A stretch of 64,000 nt of DNA. Origin: Andalucia godoyi And28 (Eukaryota > Protista > Jakobida). The position numbers and the translations under genes are program-made. The notes under the pieces are model-generated. The model made no database searches. It saw only the letters and a program-made list of their open reading frames with translations, and was not told the origin of the DNA. The DNA is taken from NCBI GenBank assembly GCA_009859145.1, contig VRVR01000014.1, positions 269,351-333,350 on the forward strand. Direction: 5' to 3'. This document shows positions 45,144-55,094 of this stretch, in pieces. Every line of letters begins with the position of its first letter. Within the stretch, counting starts at the first letter, position 1.

Positions 45144-45809
45144 TCAAGAGTGTCCGATAAAAGGTACGAACGCAACAGCCCCCAAATCCTCCCGCGTGAC
45201 ACTCCACTTGTCGTGAGTTCCGTGCTTGGTGACGAGCTCGAGCCGCTGCCCAAGTATGCTGTCTCGATCACCAACTGGCATTATCAGTCGGCCACCGTCA
45301 TCTAATTGCTGCATCAGCGCTGTGGGCACCTTACGCCCGCCTGCAGCAATGGTGATCGCTTGGAAGGGAGCGTGCTCCGGCCAGCCAAGGCCCCCGTCTC
45401 CCTGCTTCACCGTAACATTACCGTATCCAAGCCGCTTCATCCGCGCAGCAGCGACCTCTGCAAGCACTGGCTGGTATTCGATGGCGTAGACCTCCTTTGC
45501 CATTAAGCTCATCACCGCAGAAGCATACCCGGACCCACACCCAACCTCCAGGACGCGGTCTGTCGGCTGGATACGGAGCGCTTCGTGCATCAGCGCAACA
45601 ATGTACGGCTGTGATATTGTCTGTCCTTCCTCAATTGGCAGCGGTGAATCTGTGTATGCGAATGGTTTCATGTCCTCTGAAACGAACTCTTCTCGCGGAA
45701 CTGCTCGCATTGCACTCAGCAGAGCCTTGTCCGTGATTCCACGAGCCTTAATTTGCTCATCCACCATCCTGCCTCGCAACAGAGCTGGATCTGTGGAACC
45801 GTGCCGCAT
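45144..45809 (-). CDS. pcm: Protein-L-isoaspartate O-methyltransferase, bacterial Pcm type
   Basis: AMRAVPREEFV, GQTISQPYIVALM, VLEVGCGSGY, GDGGLGWPEHAPF, GGRLIMPVG. Confidence 0.92.
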   Translation of the reverse strand: MRHGSTDPALLRGRMVDEQIKARGITDKALLSAMRAVPREEFVSEDMKPFAYTDSPLPIEEGQTISQPYIVALMHEALRIQPTDRVLEVGCGSGYASAVMSLMAKEVYAIEYQPVLAEVAAARMKRLGYGNVTVKQGDGGLGWPEHAPFQAITIAAGGRKVPTALMQQLDDGGRLIMPVGDRDSILGQRLELVTKHGTHDKWSVTREDLGAVAFVPFIGHS

Positions 45810-46321
45810 TGTGTTGCCGACTGTTGAAAGATTAAAATGAAAAAGATGATCGATTCACGCGGAGTCGATTCATCCAAATCAAATGATGCACAGTTCAGAA
45901 AGCAGGTATTATTTTTAATAATAATTAAAAAAAAGAATAGCACCCCCCGCTTCCCTCACGTCCACCCCTCCAGCCTCGGCACCCACCAAAACCGACCACC
46001 ACCACCACCACCACACAACAAAAGACACTTCCAAGACGGAAAACTTGCACTACTGTCCGCGGCTGCGTGCAAACCCTCTCTCTTCAACAACACACGTCGC
46101 AGCAAGCAGCAGCGCCCTCCACGCGCCCCTCAAACTCAGTCAGTTGAATTGACAGTGGAAGCGGCGGTGGGAGGGGGTGTTTAGTTTGCCAGTCGTACAC
46201 TAGCTTGTCTGGTCCCAACGTTCATAATTTTGCCACATTTGTTTTCGGGGTTTTGCACCCTTTCTGTTACGACAAGCAAATATCCATCAGCAACAGTACT
46301 TGTGCTGATGAGCGTCGTTTC

Positions 46322-46975
46322 ATGAAGTCATATGCACATATTCCTTCCGCGAGACACAGGCTGCCGCCATCTGCGAGCTCAAACGATGCCGGTGTCCCCA
46401 GCCCCTCGGTCGTGTCGTTTGAAGCTCCTTCTGCGATGCCAGCTACAGCAGTTGCCAGCATGACGACCAAGACACGTGGGTACGACAGGTCGGAGTCCAT
46501 GCTGTCGAGCAGAATATCGTCGATGCTTCCTTCGTTTAAGGGTTCTTCTGCCCTGCCATGCGGTGGTGATCCTGGCACTGCTGCAGATCCCGCTGCAGAT
46601 GCCGTCGTGTCGTCGTTTTCGTCGCGATCCTTCGTGGTCGGGGCCTACACTACAACCGCGCCGTCCAAAGTCGACATTACCACCACGTGTTTGAAGTACT
46701 CTGTGCAGCATCCACGAGACGGGAAAATCCATATGAAGATGCTGTACGCGGATATGGTGGATGTCACTGCAAAAAGGGTTGCGGTCAGCAAGTCTGTGTT
46801 CCGCGTGCGTCTGTCGTGGCGTGTCCAGAGAGCGCTCGAGTGGTGGGGAAGAGAGTACAAGCACGAAATCGACAGCCATCGGCTGGCCATTGGAATCGAA
46901 ATCAAGGAATGGGAGCCCGTCCGCCATGCTCTAAGCACGCATTTCCCGCATCTCTCCACTCTCGACTTTGCATGA
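46322..46975 (+). CDS. Hypothetical protein with a possible PH-like C-terminal domain
   Basis: ATG 46322; Ser/Ala-rich N-half and a beta-rich C-half (FVVGAY...KVDITTTCLKY...FRVRLSW). Confidence 0.55.
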   Translation: MKSYAHIPSARHRLPPSASSNDAGVPSPSVVSFEAPSAMPATAVASMTTKTRGYDRSESMLSSRISSMLPSFKGSSALPCGGDPGTAADPAADAVVSSFSSRSFVVGAYTTTAPSKVDITTTCLKYSVQHPRDGKIHMKMLYADMVDVTAKRVAVSKSVFRVRLSWRVQRALEWWGREYKHEIDSHRLAIGIEIKEWEPVRHALSTHFPHLSTLDFA

Positions 46976-47239
46976 GTGCTTTGCAATCCTTTTTTCTTTG
47001 TTGTGCCTGTCGTACTCGTCGCTTGCACAAAAAGGAGTCCCCCACTTCGGAAGGGAGGGTTCTGCCAGCTCATTGAGGCTGACGTCACTTGTCAGCGCCG
47101 CTCCAAACCTTGTGTCTCGGGTCTTCTTTCCACTATTTTGTTTTTTGCATTTGCTATTCTCCCATTTTTTTTTTGTTGCCTTTTTCATTTTATGTTTTTG
47201 TTTTTAGCGAGCTACTGAAGAATATTTGGACAGGGCACG

Positions 47240-48091
47240 ATGACAGAAGGTTCTGGGACGAATGTGATTGAGCGTGTAGAGCTTACGGCGGATGGCGGCG
47301 TTGTGAAGGAGATCTTTGTGCGGGGAACCGGGACAGCACCAAAGGCTGGGCAGCAAGTGACGACGCACTACACGGGGCGTCTTCTTGATGGGACTGTGTT
47401 TGACTCGTCTGTTGAGCGGAACTCGCCGTTTGACTTTACTCTTGGAAAGGGGCAAGTCATCAAAGCATGGGATTTGTGTGTCGCGTCGATGCTCATCGGG
47501 GAGAAATGCCGAGTCACTGCGACTGCGCCTTATGCATACGGAGCGAGCGGGTCTCCTCCGAAGATCCCTGCGAACGCGACCCTTGTTTTTGACCTCGAGC
47601 TTCTTGGGGCGGAAGACAAGGAGCCGAACTCGTGGGAGCTTACGGATGATCAGAAGCATGAGTTGTGTGTGAAGCGGCGTACGGAGGGCAACGACTTTTT
47701 TGCAAAGGGCGAGTTCCAGCGTGCAGTAGAGAGCTACAAGAAGGCCGTTGGGTACTGGGGAGAGTTCAGTGGGGCGGCAGCAGATGGAGATAAGCTGCCG
47801 TGCTATCTCAATGCGTCTCAGTCGCATCTGAAGCTAAAGCAGTGGAAGGATGCCGAGCGAGAGGCTTCCAGTGCTCTCAAGATCGATGGTGCGAACATCA
47901 AGGGCCTCTATAGACGTGCACAGGCATGGCTCGGACTCCATGAATACGAAAAGGCCAGATTGGATGCGGCGAAATGGATGGAGCTGGAGCCGCACAACGA
48001 CGCTGCTCAGAAGTTTGTCGAATCCGTCAATGCCATCGAGCGAGATGCAGAAAAGAAGGAAAAGCAGGTCTTTGCAAAAATGTTTGCTTGA
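47240..48091 (+). CDS. FKBP-type peptidyl-prolyl isomerase with TPR repeats
   Basis: HYTGRLLDGTVFDSS...FTLGKGQVIKAWD...AYGASGSPPKIPANATLVFDLEL followed by three TPR-like repeats. Confidence 0.95.
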   Translation: MTEGSGTNVIERVELTADGGVVKEIFVRGTGTAPKAGQQVTTHYTGRLLDGTVFDSSVERNSPFDFTLGKGQVIKAWDLCVASMLIGEKCRVTATAPYAYGASGSPPKIPANATLVFDLELLGAEDKEPNSWELTDDQKHELCVKRRTEGNDFFAKGEFQRAVESYKKAVGYWGEFSGAAADGDKLPCYLNASQSHLKLKQWKDAEREASSALKIDGANIKGLYRRAQAWLGLHEYEKARLDAAKWMELEPHNDAAQKFVESVNAIERDAEKKEKQVFAKMFA

Positions 48092-48580
48092 TTCAGCTGC
48101 CCGCACGTCACACCATGCCATACAAATCCAACACCCCATAAAAATACCAGTACACCTCGAAAGTATTTTTTCTCAAACATACCTGAAGCCCTCCAACCCA
48201 AGGGTCCGGGTGGACGGCTGGTATATATCATCGGACAGCATGGCTGAGTTGGCAGCCGTCGACATTGCTGTTGAATGAAGGCCGACCCTTTTCCCTGTGC
48301 AGATTGCTGTTACCGGTTGTCGTTGTCGTTGTCGTTGTCGTTGCGGCGGAGTTGGTGTGCAGGTCGAGGCCCCATGAGAGACGCTGTCGAATACCGACAA
48401 CCGATTCCTTGTAATCGATGATGGGCGCTGATGTGGATTGTAAAAGTCCCTTTTACGCCAAATAAACTGTTTTTTGAGGCGCAACATGTGAGCCGAATGC
48501 TTGGAGACGTTTTGGGTTGGAGGGTAAAAAATACCTAAAATAATAATAATTTTTTGGCAGTCGTACGTGTACTTTATCAA

Positions 48581-48612
<32 letters not shown>

Positions 48613-48687
48613 ACGCTGCACAGAGGCAGAAACAAGTCCTCAAATCTGCAATCTGCTTTATTCTGCGATCTTCTTGGTTCTGTAAAC

Positions 48688-50217
48688 ATGCGGCTTGGAG
48701 CACTTGGTGTGTACTTGCATTTTCCATACTGCAGCTCAGTATGTCCGTATTGTGCGTTTAACAAGTATGCTGCGTCCTCGGCGTCGCAGGCGCTGCCGTC
48801 CGAAACCATTGCCAGCGCGATGGCAAAGCAGGCAGTTGCCACCTTCCGTAGTTGGAGTACAGTCAGCCGCGTGGAGCAACAGATGACCTCGGTGTATTGG
48901 GGAGGTGGAACGCCATCGCTTTGCACACCCCGGGACGTGGGCCATGTCATGCAGTCCATTCGCAGCGAGTGTGACGCGCTCCAGATTGCATGCAATCTAC
49001 GGGAAGTGACGCTGGAGTGCAATCCGCTCGATGCCCGGAACGTGCAGTTCTTGCACGACTTGAAAACAGCGGGGGTTTCAAGGCTGTCGCTCGGCATACA
49101 GTCTGTGGATGCACACACGTTGAAGCTTCTGGGTAGGGATCACTCGCCGCAAGATGCGGTCCTTGCTGTGCAAAATGCCGTGCGTGTCTTTGGAGCGCGA
49201 GGCGTCAGTGTTGACCTGATTGTTGGTACTTGTGCGGTGCGCTCCAGTGCGACAGCTTCCTCAAAGCGGGATCGAGCCGCTCTGGAGGACGAGTTGGAGC
49301 GCGAAGCATCGTTGGTTGATCAGGCGCTGAAGCAAATTGGAACAGTCGGGCACGTGTCTGTGTATGAACTGTCAATTGAAAGAGGCACACCGTTTTTCAA
49401 GAAGGGGCTTTCTCCGTTGGAGGCGGACCATGCTGCTAGTCTCTTCGAAGCTTGCGGCGGGATCCTGCGACGGCATTCGTTTGTTCAGTACGAAGTGGGA
49501 AGCTGGGCGCACGAGTCCGAAGGCGCATGCGCGGTCCACAACTCCACATACTGGGCTCCGTGGATCCGCAGCTCTTCGTTTCAGACGCTGCTGAACGGAG
49601 ACGTCCCGAAGCCCGCTGCAGGAGAATCCGCACCAAGCACAGCGGATGGCGAGTCGGTCGTATGGACGAGCTATCTTGGAGTTGGACCGGGAGCGCACGG
49701 CCGGTTGGCGTTTCCGTCAAGTTCAGGGCCGTCGCGAGTGTCGACGGTGGAAATCCGCGAGCCGAAGCGATGGGCAAGCGCCGTTCTCGCGGTGCCCACG
49801 GATGTGCTGGTGGAGGAGTACACGAGTGTTCTTCGAACACTGGTCGCAGGGGATGCTCCAACCGTTTCACACGTTGGTGCGTTCGCGCGAGCGTCGGGCA
49901 TCGACTACGAGGGATCGCTAGCGGAGTACGTAGGAGCCTCCATCCGGACGCGCAGAGGAGTTGACTTGGCGGTTGCTCGTGCCGTGTATCGGCATCTCAA
50001 CACGGTCAAATCGTTTACGTCGTCCGAAGTGCAGGAACTGGTGGCGCTGTTCCAGAATGAAGTGTCCGCCGGGCTGATTTACCCAATGGACGCAACTCTC
50101 GGGACGATGCGCGGAACTTCACAGGGCTTGGCAGTCGCCGATGCATTGTACACTCATGTATGGGACCGTGTTCTTGGTGTATGCAAAAGCGGTTGTCCGA
50201 CTCCAGGAACAACGTAG
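48688..50217 (+). CDS. RSAD1: Radical SAM heme chaperone, HemW/RSAD1-like
   Basis: YLHFPYCSSVCPYCAFNKY (CxxxCxxC), SVYWGGGTPS, EVTLECNP, RLSLGIQS, YLGVGPGAHGR. Confidence 0.9.
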   Translation: MRLGALGVYLHFPYCSSVCPYCAFNKYAASSASQALPSETIASAMAKQAVATFRSWSTVSRVEQQMTSVYWGGGTPSLCTPRDVGHVMQSIRSECDALQIACNLREVTLECNPLDARNVQFLHDLKTAGVSRLSLGIQSVDAHTLKLLGRDHSPQDAVLAVQNAVRVFGARGVSVDLIVGTCAVRSSATASSKRDRAALEDELEREASLVDQALKQIGTVGHVSVYELSIERGTPFFKKGLSPLEADHAASLFEACGGILRRHSFVQYEVGSWAHESEGACAVHNSTYWAPWIRSSSFQTLLNGDVPKPAAGESAPSTADGESVVWTSYLGVGPGAHGRLAFPSSSGPSRVSTVEIREPKRWASAVLAVPTDVLVEEYTSVLRTLVAGDAPTVSHVGAFARASGIDYEGSLAEYVGASIRTRRGVDLAVARAVYRHLNTVKSFTSSEVQELVALFQNEVSAGLIYPMDATLGTMRGTSQGLAVADALYTHVWDRVLGVCKSGCPTPGTT

Positions 50218-50266
50218 TCCTCACTCTGCAGTACCGTTGAATAATAGCACGTCATTGTCATGCATA

Positions 50267-50774
50267 CGCATTTTCTACACTCTTTAAGCCAACATCCGTA
50301 GCCATCTATCATTCGTTCAGCGCACTGCCAAGAGGCGAACCTCCAAGACACGATCTCCAATCCCCAGCACGCAGCGTAGCCACCCCAAGCAGAGACCGTC
50401 TCTTGCAGAACTCTTGGTTTTCTGCTGCGATGCACCAGGCGCAGTCGCAGTCGCAGTCGCAGTCGCAATACCCCACCGTCTTCCTACCGCCTCTTCCTCT
50501 CGTATCTCCAGGTGCATCAATCGCTGCAACTGAGGACACGAAAGCGCCTGCTGCTAGGGCCGTCAGAATCAAAATGCACCCTTCTCAGGAACAACGTGCC
50601 ACGCTGAGAAATGTGGCTCACCGATTGACCGAGATTGGGGACGGAGCGCGGAGCATCTATCTGAAGAGCGCCGTGAGGCATGTTGGGGGCCTATCCCCTT
50701 CCCGGCAACGGGATGCAAGACTGGGTATGCATGTCTATTCGTAGACATGCATATTCAGTGTATAATGGCAGGCG
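50267..50774 (+). mobile_element. Non-autonomous Fanzor2/TnpB-derived element, copy B (508 bp)
   Basis: Left end 50267-50317 matches copy A. N-terminal remnant QNSWFS...RAVRIKMHPSQEQRATLR is joined to KCGSPIDRDW[+1]DGARSIYLK. Shared structured right end; CG at both boundaries. Confidence 0.88.
50700..50774 (+). ncRNA. Putative omegaRNA scaffold 3' part, copy B
   Basis: TCCCG-GCAA-CGGGA (GNRA hairpin, 50700-50713) and CTGGGTATGCATGTCTA-TTCG-TAGACATGCATATTCAG (17-bp stem, 50721-50758). Confidence 0.6.
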
Positions 50775-51695
50775 AACACACACCTTGCACCACTTCCTAG
50801 GATATTCTGAATCGGGTTGTGTTGTGGACTTTCGGCTCCCCTTCTGTTGCGGCGGTCACAACAAAGCCATCGTGCGTGACGGCAGATAGTCGAGTTGCCG
50901 GTGTTTGGGACTCTGAGTGTCTGCCTCCGGGGCTTCCCAGAACTGGTTGAAAAATACGAGTTGGTTACTTATGGAAACTCTACGTTCTCGTTAAAAGAGA
51001 TGTTTTGTTCGGAAAACATGTGCGTGTGCTGATACACCCGAGAACCGAGTCCGGACCGCCTCAGCAAATGTTGACAAAAGAGTGGAACACAATCATGAAG
51101 CATCAGCCATCCTTTGCTGAACCGTGACATAGCAAAGTCAGTCAGAGCACTCCTTCTGCTCATGCAGCACCAAATGGAGCCTCGGTACTTGCGAGGTACG
51201 TTTCTCGGTCGCAGCAGCTGTGATTTCTCTTTCGTGCTGTTCTGCTCGCATTCACAATCCGAGGTTGGGTACCATCCGTGCACGTTGCTAGCAACACTTG
51301 CAAGGGAAGGCGATCATACGTGTTTTGTATCCGTCCATTAGCGCTGCGCTCGTGTTCGCATATCCGCCAATACCGCTTCCGAACCAGGAATTCTCTGGGT
51401 CATTTTGCTCCTATCTGTGTCCGTGTCCAGCAGTCGAGAAGAGGGATTCGCGTTGTCCTTTTGGCACGTGCTGCAGAATGCCCGTGGGTGTGTGTTGCAG
51501 TGCCCGTGGACCTTTTCATTTTTCGCTTCCCTTCTCTCTCTCTCGCTTCCTCCTGTTTCGTTCCTACTCATTGGAGTTCCGCTGCATCCACAACAATCTG
51601 CTGCGTCATCGCACCAATTGTGATCATTTATTATTTTGCTTGTTTTGTTTTGCCTGAGACGCGCGCTTCTTCGTACGTACGAGAGACTCACATAT

Positions 51696-51698
<3 letters not shown>

Positions 51699-51774
<76 letters not shown>
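51699..51774. repeat. (CA)38 microsatellite directly before a start codon
   Basis: Uninterrupted CA run ending 1 nt before ATG 51776. Confidence 0.95.
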
Positions 51775-51775
<1 letters not shown>

Positions 51776-51776
<1 letters not shown>

Positions 51777-52504
51777 TGGGTTCAGGAAGCTCTTCTCCGA
51801 AAACCAAAGTCGTGCCTGTCAGCAAGCCAAGTGCGACGGCGCTTGGACAAAGACCTTCACAAAGCCGGAGCCAGCTGGCTCTTCATGCAGGCTCTTTCCC
51901 CCCATTCAAGAAGGCAGTCCGTACCGGGCCGTACGTGATGATGCAACAGAAGCCTGTCCAGCGCAAGCTGGATTGCCACTTGGCCATCTTTTCCCATCCG
52001 CAGTCGCGAGCATGCTCGAAAATGCAAAAGGACCAGGTCGCCGTCGTCAGTCCAGCAGCAGCGGAGAACGCGAGCACCAATGACGCAGACTCGGACGCAG
52101 ATTCACCGTCGCACCACAGACAGGAAATTAGTGTCGGGGTACCTCGTCCGCACTCCAAGTCGTCGACTGCGCGATCGTGGTCTCCGTTCTGCGCGTCTCC
52201 CGATGCGGACTCTTCGCCAGCTGTTAGCGACGAGTGCGATCAGCTATTCAATGTGGACGATCTTCAGCCTCGCGGGGCACCCTGCGTCATTCGACCTCGG
52301 ATACGGTCATCATCCGACGCCTCACTCATGTCCAACTCTTCAACTGCAACCTCGGTGTCGTCGTCCATGTCCAGTTCCCCGTCAATTAAGAACCGTGTAC
52401 GATTTCTGCAAGAAGACGGGTGCAATCAGGTTCGCACAAGCACCGTCCTGTACTCACCAGATGCAAGTCCGTCCGATATTTCCTCTTCGCGCGGTGGCTG
52501 GTAA
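51776..52504 (+). CDS. Disordered protein with a myristoylation motif and a C-terminal RVxF
   Basis: MGSGSS start; SIKNRVRFLQE...YSPDASPSDI near the C-terminus. Confidence 0.7.
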
Positions 52505-53893
52505 CATGAGAGAGCCGCGACCAGCGGATAGAATAGTATCATCGTCACTTTTATTAATTCGTCTTCTCTGCGTTCTTCCAAGCCTCCGCCTGCAGATTAA
52601 TTTGACGTGATTCCCTTAGAGAGCAACATTTTCAGAGTTCCCAGTCCCCACATTCCAGACGAAACGTCCTCCTTGCGCGCTTTGCTGTGACGATCTCTTC
52701 TTTTTTCTGAAGATAAAAAAGCATCAATATTATTGCAATAAAGCATTGTGGAGGCACATCCTTCGAGTTATTATTTTTCTTCTTTCTTTCGAAAACGGAC
52801 CTCTGCGGCGGCTGCGCTTTATTCGCCCGGCTCCTGGGTCTTCTTCGGCTCGTGTGCAGCAAGTCGCGCGCGCATGCTGCGCTCTTCCCGAGCTTCACCA
52901 AGTTCCAACCGATTCATGCGCGTGTTTCCGGATCTGTTCACATTTGAACCGGGGCCTCACACGAACACTTCCGCGCGTGCGCTCGGCGCACCGGAGAAAA
53001 CGGCGGATCACTTTGGATGAATGGCTTGACATAGTTTTTTGCGAATGCGGATCGCGTGGGAGCAGAAAATCTTCCAGAACCGGTATTCGTGCCTGCAGTT
53101 TTTAAACAGATGGGTTTTCTCAGTGCGAAGAGATGACAGATGCAGCTGCTAACCGCTCTCACGACCTTGAATGAGGTCTGGCCACACGCGCACGCTTCCG
53201 ACCAACGGCTCCACATTCTGCTCGTAGTGCGAAAGTGCGACGCTGCTTTTATCTGCTGGTTGTCCCCCGCAGTTTCGGCCGCACCGGTCGGTCCGAAAAA
53301 GGCATCCGTGCACAATCCAAGAAACTTCGGAGAGATGTAGGCCGGCGCGCCTGAGCAGGAAGCACGCCGTACCCTCCATTCGTGGAGCGGCCGCTCTGAC
53401 ATGAAACCCTTTCTTTACCGAGTGGTGACGGTCGTGCGTGGATGCCAGAGCAGACGCGGCCTTCACCTTTGCTCTTCTGAATTGGGATGAATGGCGATGG
53501 GTGATCGCGCCTAGTTGGCCATTCTGCTCAGATGGGGAATGTAAGAAGTTCGCCGCTGTGAATGCAAAAAGCAATTCGTGCTGCGACGCCGCCGTCAGAG
53601 ATTTTGTAAGATTTCGCTTTGTGCCCCGGCGTGCTCGCATCCCGGCAGAGGTTCCGCATCAGCCGACTTGCAGAAAAGCTTTTTCTCGATCTCCCTCTCT
53701 GTAGCCTCTGGAAGCAACAGCGATGCGGGGGACAACCATGAAGAAGAATCCTTGGACGATGTACCGTGGGGCCCTCCGTGAGAGCGATCGCTTCTTTGTT
53801 TTTCGTCCTCTTTGCCTTCCTTTTCCCTGCGCGTCGTGATCATCTTCTTCACTTTGTGCCTGTCGTTTGTTTTTATTGTTACTGCTACCATCA

Positions 53894-53924
<31 letters not shown>

Positions 53925-53995
53925 TGTCGTTGCTGTCATTGCTGTCGTTGCTGTTGTTGCTGTCGTTGCTGCTGCTGCTATTTAGTCAAAGGAAA

Positions 53996-54808
53996 ATGGG
54001 CTCGGCAAAATCAAAGCAATCAAGACCTTCTGTCCAACGGTCCTACAGTGATCCGAATCCGCTCACCAGTGCTGCACGAGAGGCGCTGGCTGCGTCAAGC
54101 AGTCCAGTGGAATTACCGGGCAAGTCGTCCGCGAAGCCGATCCGAAATCGCCTGGCTCCTGTGTCCATTCTCAAACAAAACTCGCCTTCTATGAGCCCTC
54201 ACAAGTCGTCGCGGCTGAACTTCCGGCTGTGGTCGAGCACCGTTCAAAACAACTCTGCGATTCCGGATGACTTCGACCTGGGCAGAAGGCGATATGCGTT
54301 TGGGGACAATGTGTCCAACGTCGATGCGTCTCCCTATGACTCCCCCATACCTCGCAATCACTCCAGTCGGGAAACCGCCCTGCGAGATTGCGTTCACTTC
54401 GACGCACAAGGAAACGTCATCCTTTCCAGCTCGGTCGGATTTGGCGGCTCTCAGTTGTTTTTCCCGGACTGTGATGGCGGGGTCCCAACCTCCACGGTGC
54501 TTGTGTCGTCGAATGACGGACTGTTCGATTCCTCGGATCAGGTCCTCACGATCAACCGATCTGCACCCCTGGACACACTGTACTCATCCAGCCCTCTTCC
54601 CAGCAACCACGTGACTCCGCGCGTTTCCTTGACAGAGATTCCTTTGCCCCACATTCCCGTCCGCAGCGGGTCCTCCAGAAGACGTTCGGGATCTTCGCGG
54701 GTGAGATTTTCGCAAGACCTCTGTCTCAAATTCTCCCCAGAAGATGCTCCACGTGACCTGCGGGGCCTCGCAGCACGCACCGAGTCTGACATTTCTTTCG
54801 TTTTCTAA
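53996..54808 (+). CDS. Disordered protein with myristoylation, SILK and RVxF motifs
   Basis: MGSAKS start; PVSILKQ; SSRVRFSQD...FSPEDAPRDL. Confidence 0.72.
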   Translation: MGSAKSKQSRPSVQRSYSDPNPLTSAAREALAASSSPVELPGKSSAKPIRNRLAPVSILKQNSPSMSPHKSSRLNFRLWSSTVQNNSAIPDDFDLGRRRYAFGDNVSNVDASPYDSPIPRNHSSRETALRDCVHFDAQGNVILSSSVGFGGSQLFFPDCDGGVPTSTVLVSSNDGLFDSSDQVLTINRSAPLDTLYSSSPLPSNHVTPRVSLTEIPLPHIPVRSGSSRRRSGSSRVRFSQDLCLKFSPEDAPRDLRGLAARTESDISFVF

Positions 54809-55094
54809 AGTTGTCGCTTCCCTGCAATTTCAAAATTCACATAATCCGGGAGCGAAACGGAAGTTCGGCCATGCTGGTTGTTTTTTCATGTCACTGTTGT
54901 TCGCAGCTTGACAGTTGTTATTTTTATTATTACTACTATTGTTGCTGTCGTTGTACTTGTTGTATGGTCGTCGTCGTCGTCGTTCTTCTTCTGATTGTTA
55001 TTATAGTATTCTACATCAATTCATAATCCGAGTCGAGCAAGAAATGCTCAGCGCACATTGTAAAGAACCTGTTAACCGCCTCCCGTCTATCCAT

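Noticed and set aside
51114-51200. LNRDIAKSV...EPRYLRG, faintly like a Fanzor1 C-terminus
   Set aside because: Lacks the NA..NI residues and has no supporting upstream motifs.
53035-53080. FANADRVGAENL, similar to a TnpB RuvC-III motif
   Set aside because: In-frame stop immediately upstream, no Zn finger, and no shared ends or hairpin; probably chance.
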